DNA of 64,000 nucleotides from Lingula anatina (lineage: Eukaryota; Animalia; Brachiopoda), in contig CM120641.1 in the NCBI GenBank assembly GCA_051362555.1, positions 26,418,401 through 26,482,400 on the forward strand, in the 5' to 3' direction. The notes below the pieces were generated by a model. The model saw only the letters and a list, made by a program, of their open reading frames with translations. It was not told the origin of the DNA and did not search any database. Positions 1-15,164 of the stretch are shown piece after piece (within the stretch, counting starts at the first letter, position 1; each line of letters starts with the position of its first letter). The translations under genes were made by a program, and so were the position numbers.

Positions 1-975
1 AAAAAGACAACAAATTAGTTGAGGATTTGGATCCAGTGATCATCCGGATGGAATCGATAACATTGTATATGGCTGATTTCAGAATTACTTACAACTGATT
101 GGAAGTGTCACCATAATATCTTATGATAAGATGAAAAGTGGCTTGTTTTATAAGAAATCAAAAATTCCTTTCTTCCTCTGCATCACATTTAAGGTGTAAC
201 TTGATTTTTGTCTTTGCTATTTAATAAGGCCGGAAAACGAAGACTTCATTAACAATTATGTGGTATTTGGTTAGAATAATTATCTATCACATTTCGTTAT
301 TATTGACACATATTGTGGCATTTCTAATCTATGAGGAAGCATAAGGATTTCCTTCAAATTGCTAAGCATCAGAGTTAAAATTTCAGTTGGACTTAACAAT
401 TCTTCACAGCTGCAGTTGAGGTTAGGCCAGCAGTTTCAGGCTTAAGTATATTTTATTCCTGCCTTATAGAATCTGATTTAGGATCATGCTCTAGCTATGG
501 ACCTCAGCTCTCTCCTGGGGCCTCCTGCCATAAGTGAGGGTTGCCTCTCATTGCCTCAACTTGAGCTGGGGATAATTACTGCCTTGTTTTGACTGTGGTT
601 CTGCAGCACGTGGCAACAGTTGGTCCTGATTGGTTGTAATGGAAAATGTGGACCGCAAGGCTGACATCCAGTCAGTGTGTTCAACTCCGTAGGGGGAAGG
701 AGGAGTCCTGCTGTTCTATTCTTTCTCGTTGGCTTAACGTGCTCTTATACTGCACGCAGTTAGAAGGCCATCAGAGGATAATGCTTTATTTGTGCATTAA
801 TTGCAAATAAAGTAATTACTTCATCTCAGACTGTGGGGAAGATAGTTGTAGATTGCCTTGGGCTGCTCTGTAGTGGCTTGATGACTTGTGTTAGACATAG
901 AAAGAGTCTCATTTGTGGATTGTCTACTCTTGTGCTCCAGTATCTTGATGAACAACTTGATTAAGGCAAAGAGGA

Positions 976-989
976 ATTGTCATGGCAAC
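976..989. promoter_or_regulatory. RFX X-box-like motif next to candidate KIF26 exon A
   Basis: ATTGTCATGGCAAC (reverse GTTGCCATGACAAT), 12/14 match to GTTGCCATGGCAAC; ~30 nt upstream of the ATG at 1021. Confidence 0.4.
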
Positions 990-1020
990 GCAGATTGACT
1001 GTTGATTTAACAATTTCATT

Positions 1021-1049
1021 ATGGCACAGATATATCTTAGATTTGAAAG
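1021..1049 (+). CDS. KIF26: Candidate alternative first coding exon A of KIF26 (MAQIYLRFE-R)
   Basis: ATG after an in-frame TGA (1003-1005); perfect donor AAG|GTAAGT; phase 2 matches the acceptor at 16352. Confidence 0.6.
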
Positions 1050-4000
1050 GTAAGTGGTATAAACTGCTTGGCATTATTATAAAGTTCTTCTTCATCATCA
1101 AATCTAAAGTCTAAGATGGTAATTTCCTGTGTAAAACCATTCATTGTGGTTGGCCTATGGTCCCAGTTCAAAGCCTTTCTTGGAAACAAGATTTGTTTAA
1201 TCTAATTTTGGAAAAAAAATTTGAGTATCTGTGGTGTCTGCTCTGAAAAATGCCATGTCTTTCTGATGAGATTGCTTTTTCTTCTGGTGTTCATATACAA
1301 CAGATACACTTACTCAATAACTAGTCTTTTATTTTGATGGGAGCATATGCTTCTGACAGTCTATTCCAATGATATGACCAGTTTGAGAAACCTATGTGGT
1401 ACACACATGCCTTTTAACATAGAGTTGGCTACTGTAAATGTTTTCAGTGGTTGTCCTTTTTTGCAACAGTTTTCCCATACCTTCAACATACCATGCCAAA
1501 TTACTTTTTGCTAAATGATTTAGAAACAAAAATATACTACCTTGTAAATGTTTAGAATAGTTTCAGATGGTGTCAATAACACATTCAGAAGGGGAGCACT
1601 GTAAAAATGGATAGGTCCTTTTTTTTTTTTCTGGCATTTGGATCATTTTTTTTTCAATCAGAACACCCACAATGAAATTCAGTGAAGTAAAATCAAATTA
1701 ACAAAAGATGAAGAAAATTGAATTGTCATTGAAGCATATAGAGTTATATTCCAGTGCAGTAATTTGACTCAGATTCTTGAATCTTTTAAGCTTGTGTGCC
1801 GAAACTTAATAAGGCATTTTTTTCAAAAGTCCTTCAAGGTTTGCACTGAAAGGTCCTGACCCTCTGATAAAAAATAGGATCATTAGTACAATTGAAGGTC
1901 AGAGATCAGGTTTATAATTGATGTGATCTATTGACTGAGACCTGTAGGTCTTCTTTTTGTCGAACATTGCACACTTACTTGTGTTCTTTAAAGGAGGAGA
2001 TCTAATTCTGACTCAGTTAATTGAGGAAATGTAGACATTGAACAACTGCTAGCAGTCGTCTTGAAAAATAAGGGTGTTATTTCAAAACATTTCTTCTTTC
2101 GGTATAATCTTTCTCCCCTTTTCTTTCGTTATAATCAGTCTACTAGTCTGTGACTTTGGTGTTGGGATATTAGCCTGTATCAGGTGTGTAGCCTTGTTTG
2201 TAGCATTTCTGTCCAGGTTAGGACATTTTGTTGACAGGCTTTGTCCCATGTCCACAACAAGCATCTCTAGCTGTTTAATCTGATATTTCAGCCATTATTC
2301 CCTGCAGCTGTCTCTGCAGCCCATCTCTGACCAATTCATGGTATTACCAGGTATTAAGTAGGATCAGGTTAAATAAGAGAGAATTAAATCTCTGTTGAGA
2401 TAACTGCAGGGTGCACAGTTAGTTACCTGTAGAGGTAGAGAGGGAGACTAGTTCAAGACTTATGATATATGACTATTTGGCCCTGATTGGGTGTGATTGG
2501 AGTGGTTTGGATTGGATCGACTTGATACGGTTTTATTTCCAAATCCACATTGTTTATCAATAAACCATGCATGTGGTTTAATAATGTTAGCTATATAGGC
2601 CATTTGGTCACCTTAACTGACAGCAGTGTCCTCTGTACTGTAGCTATTGTGGACCTGTCATCTCAGCAGTGGTCAGGTAACATGATTGGTCCATGACACC
2701 TGTCCAGTCACATTATCCACCAGCACATGGCACAGGCTGTGTATTGTACCAGTGAGCCATGCACTCCTCCTCCTTGCACTCACTGAGGCAGAAGACAAGT
2801 TTGATAAGTTCAGTTAAGAGAGACAAACATTAGATCTCATTTTATCCTTCTATGGTACTGTCACATTTTGGTATCGATGCGGTGAAGATTTTTAATGAGG
2901 ATTAATCTAAGTTTGGCCTAGGTCTGACTCATGTTGCGCAAAGAGGAGAAGAAAAGAGGAAAACAGTGGATAATGTTGTTTGATTGTTTTATGGATTTTC
3001 CCATACTCATTTGTCTGTTTTTTGTCTAATGAGCATCACATTTGCTGGAAAAATAAGCAGCCACTTGGAGCCAACAGCAAATATATGACTCATTCTTGAG
3101 GCGCTTTATAGCCCAGAGGATGCCATCTTCTCTTTTAGTATTCAATAGAAAATTTATTCCCAATCTGTTATATAATAAGCAACAGATATAAGATTTTCAC
3201 TTGATGCCCCCTGTATATCAAAATGACTTCCTTCTCTTTTAACCTTTTAATGACAGGTGTCAAAATGTTGCCATAATAATTAAAGGAACATTTAACATGT
3301 CTTAATTAATCTTAATTTTCTCTTTTACATCAATTGTAATCTGAACAATGGGAAGAGAACAGCTTATTAATCTGTCCTCACCTTGGGGCTTCATTCAAAG
3401 TGGTTTTGATAAGAAATGCTTGAATTTTAACTCATGGAAGTAGACACCCTCATCCTGTCTTGGAAGCAGCAAGAACTATAAGTAGTTCTTCACTGTTCTT
3501 ATATTCTAAATACCAAAAATAATGAAGAGTAGAGAGCAGGAAAATGTGAAACTGCACCATTGAGAGCTCAATGTGTTATTAAACTTTATGGGATTGCAGA
3601 TACATGACACTGGGGGAGGGGAATAATTAAGCATCTGCTTCCTGACGTTAAAACTAAGAGCGCATTTAGAACAGCGGACTAACAGATCTGCAGTTCAAAA
3701 ACGGCTGACTCACTTGAATGCTTGTTTTGTAATCTCCACGGGGAATCTATTCAGTGTCTAATCGGGAATTAATTAAGCAGCAAGCTTTTTAGTGGGTCGC
3801 CATGTTTGATCCCCAGATCTGTAAGTCCGTTGTTCTGAATGTGCACTAAAAGATTTGAACACTGCCTGATGTAAAAATGTGACAAGGAGTAATATGCTGT
3901 ACTGAATGGCCCCAGCTTGAGGGATTTCATGCTTGGCCCAGTGTTCAGCAAGAGGCCAGTGTACCTCAGGCCACTTTCAGGAGACATCCGAGTTGTTTAT

Positions 4001-5511
4001 CAGTGTACATCTGAGAGATCTGCATAGATAGACCCTTAACATGATATAATGATAAAAGGAAAATTGGACAATTATCTGATTTCTAAGCATTTGACCCCTA
4101 CTCTTCAGGGCATAGTGTACTTGGCCTACCTGCCTTAAAGGTGAAACATTGAAATTAAAGCACAGTTTATATAAAAGAAGATAAGATGTATTTTACCTTC
4201 ATTCAGATTTACCAACCCTTGTATTAGGCCGAGTTCTTCAGGTTATACAACAAACTGGTTCTGCCCAAGACAACATGTCATTTTTGAAAAAAAAAAGAAG
4301 ATTCCCCCAAGAAATTAATGTGACATAAAAAAGGCTGTCCCACTTTTTTTCTCCAAAGTTCGACCACCCTACAGTGATCTGCAACCAGGTCCATCTTCTT
4401 CCATTTACCTCCAAGGTATCCTCTCCCTGACATGTTTATAACCAAAAATGATGAACTCTGATTGACTCCTCTCGTGATGGTAAACTGTTTTTAAGGGAAA
4501 TAACTAGATATTTTTAGTAAATAGATTTCAATCATAAATTTGTCAAGGTAGAATGAAAGAAAAAAACTTGTTTGAAGTTTTTGTCTTTTTAGAGAATATA
4601 CAGAAGGAACAAAAAAATATATCTACAGTGATTTTTTATAAAACTGATGAAAATAAAACCTGTTTTTTTCTTGACTCTATATTCTCTTGCATTTGAAGAA
4701 AAAAAAAAAGGAATTAGACAAAATGCCTCCTGCTGAGGAGATGGAATAGATGCCTGTTAATTAAACGTCAACAAACTAAAAGTCAACAACAGGCCTGGCT
4801 TGTAGGTCGTTTGAGATTTAAACAAAACCCACCTGATGGGGTGCTTCCAGTGTTAACACATGGCAGAAATGATAGGTCTAGACCTTGAGTTACGGGACAT
4901 TGTAATGCAGGATGATGCATGATAGGGAGCCAGGTGGGCAATTAGGTGTTTGCAAGACTTATCCAATTAGATTGAAGGGTTGAACTATCGGGAACAATTC
5001 GGCTAAACAGACATCAGGTAGATGTCCCACATGTGGAAGACTGTGGTTTTGACCTAGTGGTATTTATCACAGAAGTTCATCACAGCGATTTTTCCTCTCC
5101 CCTGCTCCAGTGCAGGGCCCTCTAATTGGTGTCTCCTGAGGCTAGCCCATCATTATCAGTCAGTCACAGGTAAACTGAGGGTGGGACAGTCACGAGAGGA
5201 TACAAGTCTGCAGACCACTTTCCAGAAGTTTTTTTTTTCTTACTTCCACTTTTCTCAATTGGCCAAGGGTAAAACAGTTTAAGTGGTTAAGTATTTTCTA
5301 TTAAGGGCACATGGTGATGTGAAAAAAGTTGTGGGCTCTTTTATTTTACTTTTGAGAACTTGCACTATCGCTGATAGGAAGACATGAAAAGCTGCAAGTT
5401 TTGCAGAGCCAGACTGGTCTAGCTTTTCGCACTCTCCTGGAATATTAACAAGCAAGGGAAAAAAGTGATAGTATTTCTACATTTTTGAGTTAGTGCTGAA
5501 GGGTAATCATC

Positions 5512-5603
5512 ATGGAAGGAAGAAGTGAGAAATATCCTCAACGGAGAGATGTATCAACTTCACCCAGGTTGGGAATTGCAGCATTTTTGACATTTGAAGA
5601 AAG
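5512..5603 (+). CDS. KIF26: Candidate alternative first coding exon B of KIF26 (MEGRSEKYPQRRDVSTSPRLGIAAFLTFEE-R)
   Basis: Strong context ATCATGG after an in-frame TGA; donor AAG|GTATGT; phase 2. Confidence 0.6.
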
Positions 5604-8561
5604 GTATGTGCTTGAACTCCCATCATTCTATGAATTGGTAAGATAAGATGGTAACCATGCTTCAGCCAAAAGTAATGAACCACTCTCTGAATAACAAGTC
5701 AAGTTGTATTTTATTCATTCATAGCTGGCAGTGTATGTTTTTTTTTTTCTCTTTTCCTCGTTTCTAAACTCTCAGTCAAGAAAGTTGAGCAGAGAAAATC
5801 TCTACCTGCACGGGTTTAATTTGTCCGATGCATTAACAGAAGTCTGGAGTCTGGAAAACAAATACTGCGAGCTTGCACTGCACAGGAGGGGTTGGTTATC
5901 TCATTTGATTGTCTGGCGGCTGAATAAGTTTAAACTAGGATCACAAAGCTAGGATTAATCAAATCATAGCACTGCCACACAGTTACAGGTGGAGGCCTTT
6001 CTTTTACCGAGACAGTGTACTCTCCACGGAAATACTAGCCTTGTACTTGTAGTCATGTTTTCTTTTTCTTTTCTCTTTCACTTCTGTAGTATTAATGCCC
6101 TATATAATTCTATTAATTTGTGGCTGATTGAAAGATTACCTTTAGGAACAGTTTTTACAGCAACCAGACTTGAAGCAGTTTATATAAAGGAGATTGTCTT
6201 GGTTTACTTGAAGATGTAGTGGGCGGGTGAATGAGCCAGTTTGTTTTGATTGACTATGAAGCAAGTTAAAGGTTTCAAAGTTACCAGGAAAGCAGAATTG
6301 AAGGTCTTGGAAGTTGGAAAAATATATTACCCCTTTATGGCTGATAAAGTTCACCTATTTTGATATTCTTCAAAATTTTGGACAATTGTGAGCCATGCAT
6401 ACAATATCAGTCACTGAAATAGAGTGAAATGTTTGAAAACATAACATTATGTCAGAATTAAATCACAGTTTTTGCTGTAAATCTCTGTTTAGAACATGGG
6501 AAGGAGAAATATGGTGGTGATTGCTTGGGTTATTCATCACTCAGTTTTGGCTTACATTGTCATTATTGGACTTCAATCATAAATTAACACATACTTTGTA
6601 TGCAGGCTGTTTTGATGCCCCTTGATAAATGGCTACCATTACTTACAGGATATACATACACATAAGACCTGCCACTGAGTCAAATTTGTCATCTGTTATG
6701 TCATTGCCACACTCCAAAATAGGAGTTTGATAATAAGATTAGGCAGACTGATGAGAGACTCCTGGTCTGATATATAGAAGGCACACTTCAGCAGGAGTGC
6801 CAGCATTAATAGAAATAATGGGTGAAGTATGCTGGTGCAATTATCGGAATGGATTTGCGAAGACCTAATCATTGCATAATTTCTCTTCAATAAAGCCCCT
6901 ATATTACATTCCCTGAAGAAGAAGAAGGGCAAATTAGTTAAAAGAATTGAAATGCTTCACAAAATCTTTTATTCCTTTCCCCAATGTGAAGGTGAATATT
7001 TTTACGTCCAAAGCTGTCTAAAGATGAAAACTTGATGAAAGATATGTAAAGAAATGAGTCGTAAAAATATTGAATACAGTGCTGTTTAGACGTGTAGCTG
7101 CATACAGAGCATGTCCAGACAGGCCAAAAATAGAATCCACAAAGACAAATTTGATAAATATCACAAAGACTGGAGATTTTTGTCTCCCAGGTTATTGGCA
7201 AGTAAGGCAGACACCAGACAAACCTATACCTTCAAACATGTCTGTCTGGCTAGGAGACGTCTGTCTCAGACTGAATCCTCCATCTTCTATTATTAGAGAA
7301 TATCATATTAGAGAATACCATCTCCTAGCCTCTAAGTTCTTCATGTTATTGATGTTGTGTACTGACCAAAACATTGGTGCAAAGTTGTAGTGAGTGTGGG
7401 TCCATGAGGGGAATTACTTTTGGATTCGAATTTTGTAATGTTTATGTAACATTTATCTCTAACTTCTTTTGCTATAGAGTACATTTGCAAGGCTTTAATC
7501 ATGGTCTCCGAGTCTTTATCCCATTAATGTTGTTAAGTGACCAAAACATTGCTACAAAGTCACCAAGAATATATTATGGCTTGCATGTTAAAATTGATCA
7601 TAGCCTGCAGCAGCAACTGCTCATCTGACACAATCACAATGTGTCATTACTTTTAAAGTCTGTACCTCATACTATGCATCCCTCTGGTCACGTTAATAAG
7701 TAGATAGGCCTTTAAAAATGCAAGTTCAAAAAAAAAATAGTACAAAGGTGAAATATGTAGATAATTGATAAACAATATGTCAGTAACTAGAATAAGTGGT
7801 AGTAATATTTAAGAATCCACTTTGCTGGCTAACATTGTTAAGTGTTCTCAGCGTGTCATCCTAGTAGATAAATACAGTCACACTTATCATAAGTATGCCT
7901 AGTAAAACATGTCAACTGGCAAAAGGCAACCATTCAACAGAGAGTCTTAAACTGTTAATAACTTGGGAAAGCAATCTTGGTATCTGATAACTTACTTGAT
8001 TTAGGTTTGTCTCTTTTTTGGAATTCTGGCTCTGGACAGTGTTATAGAAGCTATATATGCTATGAAAAAAAAACAAAGAAAAAAAATACTAAAATATGCA
8101 GATGTAATTCAAACGTTTGGTGCAGGTGCCTTAAAAGACTCAGCCAATACCTCATTGCTGTATACTGTGGTAGAGAAGTAAGGGTGTCCACTTGATTAGA
8201 ACTGGTAGGTTTTATGTTAACCACAGTGAATAATGAACTGTGGTTATCTTTTCTGGAATTTGTGGAGGGCTGAATATCAGTCATAATAAAGTCATGTTAT
8301 ACCAGGTGCTCTTAAGCAACTAATAGGAGCCTGTTACTCATCCTGGAAACTAACTAGCCATGTCTATGAGATGCAGTGATCATGCAACACTAGGTGATAT
8401 ATATATCTTACACTTCAGATTTCAGTAATGTGTGATCAATGTAGCTCTCTGCTTTACTAGGTGGTAAAATCCTGAATGAAGACATAATTTGCAGGTTGAT
8501 CTGTCTGCCCAGGTACTAGTTGTACTGATTTTCTGCATATGTCCTCCGTTTCTTTTATCCA

Positions 8562-8567
<6 letters not shown>

Positions 8568-8626
<59 letters not shown>
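8568..8626. repeat. (CT)n microsatellite
   Basis: Direct observation. Confidence 0.97.
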
Positions 8627-8631
<5 letters not shown>

Positions 8632-11600
8632 ATACTCTTTTTCTCTCTTAGACACATATTGGTTCTGATGGCTGTGATGGTTCAGGCCCTCACACAGTCA
8701 GGTACACACTAATCAGCACTGAGACTTCACATGCTTTGAAAGGGTAAAGGGGAACAGGGAGGCACGAAGGACAGACATAAGAGACTTCAGTGCCATTTCT
8801 TTCAGGAAGAAAAACACACAGTGAAAATTTTGTAGACTTCCTGTATAGTGAGTGACCCAGTCATATAATGTCAGGTAAAGCCGCTTTGGTTTTTTAACCA
8901 CTTCAATGACTTCATTTTCTGATTGCCTGTGGTTTAAAAATTCATCGTAGAATGTTAGGTTTAATGCTTCTGAGGAAATGAAGGCCACCACCAAAAAAAA
9001 GCTGACATTTTCAAATGCCATAGATTTTTTTTTTTAGTTTTTTGGTTATTTACATTCCAGGGAGAGAACAACTGTTTATGATTTCCTTAAATTTCCATGA
9101 AAAATATGTGGATACCTTGTAGTTCAAAGTGAAATGGCATTAGCCTCTTTTGATGTGCACAGTTGGTGAAAGATCTTCACTGACACCTGAAATGATGTAT
9201 GATTGCTTACATTCTGCTAGAGATGCTTCTCCTGACTTGTTTTTTTGTTGGATAGTTTTTTAGTGTATGTGGCCAAAGTGATAATAGCACTTATCCTAGT
9301 GAAATATTGGAATCTAAAAAATTTATTCAAATTTTTGCCATAGCATCTATATAAAAACATCATTTTCATTCAGACAATACACTTCATATTTGAAGAACTT
9401 AAACTGGCTAGTAACTTGGTGCAGAATAATATGTGACAAATTTACCTCCTAATGTGGCATTTATTGTACTGTTGCATGCAAAATGTCAAAAGTTGAAAAC
9501 TTACTTTAGTTCTGTGCTGCCTATTACATCTTTAAATAAACCATCCCAATGTGTCTGATGGGTTAGAACCATGCCAACGTGGGATAATGTAAAAATGATA
9601 TGCGGCGAAATAGCCGAAACAGATTCAAGAACCACAGATTTATTTTGTGGAAGAACTGACTTTGAAGAGGACTAGAACAATAACTGTTTCTTGTAACTGA
9701 TGCAGAAGCGCATTTCAGCTAAGCAAGATAGTCTATGTAAGAGCTCGAAAGAGAGACAGAAGAGATAAAACAAAGAAGTGAAGAAAGAAAACATGTTTTA
9801 TCAAATCTGAATACCGTAAATGCTTCATATCTTATGAATCCAAATCTTGGTCCAAAACCATTTTTATGTACAAGAGTATCATAGCTTCATATTTATCATA
9901 TTAGATCTATCAACTTATTTTCAAAAAAGAAATCAAAATGTCTAAAATGCTTGTCATGTCCAGACAGTAAAAAAATCTATAATCCTAATCTGACATAGTT
10001 TTCTCCTGATGTGATGCCTTTATATTCTCATCAAGCTTTGGGAGGGGTGATACCAGGCATGTAATTAGCAGGTAAAGTGAAAAACTACAAGGTAAAATGT
10101 CTGGAGGTATGGGGCGTCCATTTAATCAGACAAGTTTGACGTCAACCTTGCAACTTTGTCACCTTGCTGTGTTGTGTTGTGTTGGCTTGCCATCACTCTG
10201 AATCAAAATCTTCCACAGTGATAGTAACCCCCAAAAATGCTTTGTAAATATTTCTTTGTTTTCTTTATTATTTTTGTCATATTTGGTCTGAAAACTTATG
10301 TAACAGTGCACAGGTTTGTCGTGTATAGAGATGCAGATGTCTGTGCAGAAATCTCGGTGAAGGATCTGCTCCAGTCAAGGATTCATTGACTACCTCAGCA
10401 CAGACAAAAATGATGGATGTGGCATGATTTCACGGACATGCACTTATGTTCTTGAGTCTACATTATTCTCTTGGCCTCGTACAACAGTGAAATTGTTTCA
10501 AGTCAAACAATATCTTTGTATGTTTTTACTCTTGATGTGGCATATACTTTTTAATGCTTTTTTAACCAGATAAGTCAGCATCCTATTTTTACCCAGAGTG
10601 TATCAGGGTGGTGGCTGGTCTCATTTCTTCTTAAATACCAATATTGTTATAAGAATCTGTTGTCACTTTATCTTAACTTTTCACCATAGGCAAAAGATGG
10701 CAGTCAAGAAAGCAAGGCTTACATTGACGGCCTATTTAAAAATAATGTGAAAATTATAAGAAGTGCTCTGTTGTAAAAAAACAAACAAACAAACAAAAAA
10801 CAATGGGATGGACACCTTGGATTAAACACCTGTGTGTTTGTCTTAGTAACTGGTTACAGTACACAAGGTGACCTTGTCAGCTCCGTAGAGTCTTTGACAC
10901 TGACAGGTGACACTTGTGAAACCGGGCACGTGTACTTTTTCTGCTGTACGGTTCTGCCACTTTTGCTTCACTATGTAAAGTTTGGTCTGTCAGGTGAAAG
11001 ACGGTATATTTTATTCTAGAGATTGTTTTTTTAACATTTGTTTATTTCCCTGCAACTTATTAGAACATGCTCTGTTTTGTTTTAACTTGGGTTTTGTGTT
11101 TAGCCGTATCAGTCAACAGAAATTGGATTTACTTTATCTGTGTCTGTTTCTTGGAAAGCCTTAATTCGGTCTACCTGGAATTGTAACAGATTTTTAACAC
11201 AGATAAGATAGTGTAACATATGTCTCATGTCATGTTGGGATTACCTATTATCTGAAACCTAACAAAAGTGTAGGAGTACAGAAAAACATTACGTTATGTT
11301 TTATCACATTAAGACATGTTTATATGTCTATATAAGAGAATGTTATCTTTCTGTTGCAAATATATTTACCCAATAAACTCTGTTAAACTCAATTAATAAA
11401 AAATTAAAGTAAAAAACAATGCGATCAAAGAGTTTCCAATGTTGTTTGTCAAGCCAGATTTGGGTGTTGGTATATTATGCCGATATCTCTGTTTTTCACA
11501 AAGCCCCATCCAGTCTTAATCATCATTGAAAAGGTGATCTAATTGTACTGTTCAAGGCAAAGTTTATTGGCCCCTGGTATGCAGCTTACCATTAGATATA

Positions 11601-13601
11601 TGTATAATTGAGGTGTTCAGTCAGTTTAGACCACACCTTGGCCAGGTGCACTGAAAAGGTGACGGTTTCTCCCTTTTTGGAGTGACAGAGTGCAAAATGA
11701 GACGTGATGGAGAACACATAGATATCAGGGCAGAGAAGGACATATGGACTTAGACTTATTTTTCATGTTTATTGTTTTGGATACAGAGAAGTCCAAGTTG
11801 TAAGTTTTGCATTTTTATGAGTCGTTACTTTCTGGCAGGGAGTGGAGGCCTAAACCAGAGCAATGAAGCAAAGGAAATTCACCACTGTGTTGACTGTTGC
11901 ACCAGAGGAAATACTGTATTGATCTCCAGGAACGGCACGCTATGCAAGTTCAAAGCCCCTTCCTGCATTAGCATACTGGTTTAATCTAGTCCAAAAATTT
12001 CCATGAAAAGGTTACTGCAAATTTAAATGCTGTCGGGTTTTGCCACTTGCCATTGGTGCTTGACTTTAATCTTCCATGTGTCTGGCTGAGCTGAAATCAA
12101 TCACAAGGTGATATAGGTGTGGGAAACAAGTTATGAGAAAAGTAACTTGTTGACAAAGAGAGGAGTAAAAACTTGGCGTTAGCTTACTGATGTCAGATAT
12201 TTTATCCAAATAACAGTAGAAAAAGGGCAGTCATCTTAACTCAAGCATTAGAATTTAGGGATCATTGGGATATAAGATGTCAGGAGGAATTTGTTTCTCA
12301 CTTGGAAATTTATGATTCTAACAAGCTTAAAGTGCATTTATGTTTAGTTGCACACATTTAAATGTCATTTAAGTTTATACAGAATAAGACAAAAAAAGCC
12401 TTTTAAAAATTACCTTAGGAGTGCACTTAAATTGCATAATAACCAGGTAGACCAGTCTACTTCAACTGTGAGGATGCATGTTTGCATGCTTTCCCTGATA
12501 GATAATGATTGAAGAAAACAGGCCATTTACACTAACACATGGTAATTGTCATGTTGAAATGGATGTCTTCCTGGGACTGACATCACCTTATAAAAGTGAT
12601 CAATTTTTAGTGCTTTTGAACTTGTGATAAAACAAGTAAAAAAACATTGCTCCTCATGGCACATCAATCTTTGGTGTATTCATCTTCTCATCTAAATTAC
12701 TTTGTGTACACAAATGTGTTATGAAAAATGCCATCAACCATGTCATGCCAAGGCCATCCCTTTAGTAATGAAATAAAACCCTTTCTCATAACATTCTTTA
12801 AATCAGACATCAAGAGTGATATTTCTTTTGGGCAGCAGACAGTGTTAAATAATTCGTAATTACCAACAAATATTCCACAGTTCCCTGACATTTAGCAAGT
12901 CCCCAATGGCTCCTCTGTTAATGGCCCTGCAACAGATTGAAGCACTAAACAAAAATGACAGACTCTAGGTTTTGATGAGACTTCATGCGCCCAATCTTGG
13001 CCATACAAAACAGTTTGTGTGGGGGATTAAATGAAGCAGCAAGAGTGACATGTTGATGATTAGTTGATGCAGCAGTTTCTTCTATGAAAATGAGTGGTCA
13101 ATGCTGTAAGAAACATCCCTTGACTCATCTTGTCAGAATGGCCGGAAGGTACCATTATTAGCTGTAGGGGGGATCCTGCAGTAGTTTCTGTATATCTGTA
13201 ATGTCACAAGGGAGTGCTCGACCCCATCCAGTCCCCCATTACAGGATTCATCACAGTCAATAATTTGGTTAAGGTCATGTGATCCAAGAGGTAGCAGTCC
13301 AGATAATGAGTTGGGCAGCAGAAACTAGTGTGATTAGCACTAATCTGAATCTGCTGGCAGACCAGAGGCTGGTTTGGGGGAAAGCAGATTCTGACAGGAA
13401 GAGCTATTGATTGACTGTATTTTTCATGGTGTGAAATGAGAGAATTTGATTCTTGCAGTTACTACAGCATCTGAGACTTTGATACTTTTAAGGGAAATCT
13501 GAAGTGCTGTCTGTTTGCTGATATAAGATACCATCACAGTTTTCTGGATATTTTTTTTCCTGTAATTTTGGATTACTACAAGCATGGAGTGAGGTACAAA
13601 T

Positions 13602-13612
13602 ATGAGTCACAG
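13602..13612 (+). CDS. KIF26: Candidate alternative first coding exon C of KIF26 (MSH-R)
   Basis: AATATG after an in-frame TGA; donor CAG|GTGAGA; phase 2. Confidence 0.45.
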
Positions 13613-15029
13613 GTGAGACTATGTTTCTGTTGTATGTCTGTGTCAGTATTTATATTGTTACATCTGGTAGGGTGTGAGAATGCCTGTACATCTTTACTTC
13701 TACCAACAGACATGGGCAGTTCATTGCTATACTAAGAAGCCATTACCAAAGGAAACTGTTTATACAAGTGTTCCACACTGTAGAGACTTGACTGAAATTG
13801 TTTTATCTCTCTTTTTCATTTATATATAAAAAGATTTTTTCAAGTAGATTTTGAGTGCTTTGTTAAAGAATATTTGCGGCAATTGCATGGGAAGATATTT
13901 AATAGCATATTCTTTACAAGATCTGTAAGATCTTTTTATTGTATGTTCCCAACTATTGAAGCAGAAACTAGGGTGTTATGGATTGGATTACTAGAGCAAA
14001 TCCCTGAACTGCATGCTTTATATGCAGCCAAACTGACAGATTTCAATTTACTAATGAGTCTCATATGAAGAAGATTCTTAGAGTCAGAGGCTGGAAAGTG
14101 CTGATATCATCTAAAGGCAATTTTTTGCTCATATGCAAGATTCGTGTTCTGGTTTATTTAATTATGCCACATGGATGGTCTATTGAACAATGCAAGAGGG
14201 TTCTGAACATAATGGCTCATGCTGTTATATTGGTCCATGATTAGAATACTAGGTAATCTTAAGACAGAGAAATTGAAGTACAAGGAAAGGGATAGCATTG
14301 CCTCTCTATGTGGACTCTTTCTAATGTGATTAATGTCCCCTCTTTGTCTTAGAGAAATGTAGGAAGACTGTAATTAAATAAGTCAAAGTAGGGGCATTGA
14401 TTACTTGGGCTGTTAAGTTCATGGGGAAATCACTTCCAGAGACAGGTCGTAAAACTTGTATCACATGCATCACTCAAGGATCAAAAGACTTAACCTTTCA
14501 GGTATTTCAAGAGCGCTCACTCTGTGCTATTCACTTGGCCCGACTTGCTTGATTCTCATCTGTACATTTCTGTTTAGGTTCAAAGATTTTCTAAAACAGT
14601 TGCCATGTCCTCATTTGATACCATAATCTTTTGATAAGATTTTCTTGAAATTATTTTGTTTCGTGTTTTTTTAAGTAAGTATTATTCCAAGTAAGAGAGG
14701 CAAATATTCAGGTCATCTTTTAATGTTAAGAGCAAGAGAGAACAAAATCTTGTTTAGGTAATAAAACCTGAAACCAGTAGATAGGGTATACTTTAAGGTT
14801 AGTGGATCTCGGTGATCTAGACTTGTGGATGAAGAAGAGAGATGATATAGATTTTGCTTACTTACCACCAGGTGGCCTAAGTGCTCAACCTTTTTCTTCC
14901 CCTCCTACACTTCCTTGATAACTGGCAAGTAATAGTAGGACTATCCAGGAAGCCAGTCTGCATCAGATGTTATGTCTCTTTACCACAGTTGGGGTAGCTT
15001 CTACATAAACAACTGGCAATCTTCCCTCT

Positions 15030-15164
<135 letters not shown>

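Noticed and set aside
10097-10106. ATG TCT GGA G|gtatgg mini-exon (similar cases near 2338 and 8868)
   Set aside because: Phase 1, incompatible with the acceptor at 16352; this shows some ATG-donor pairs arise by chance.
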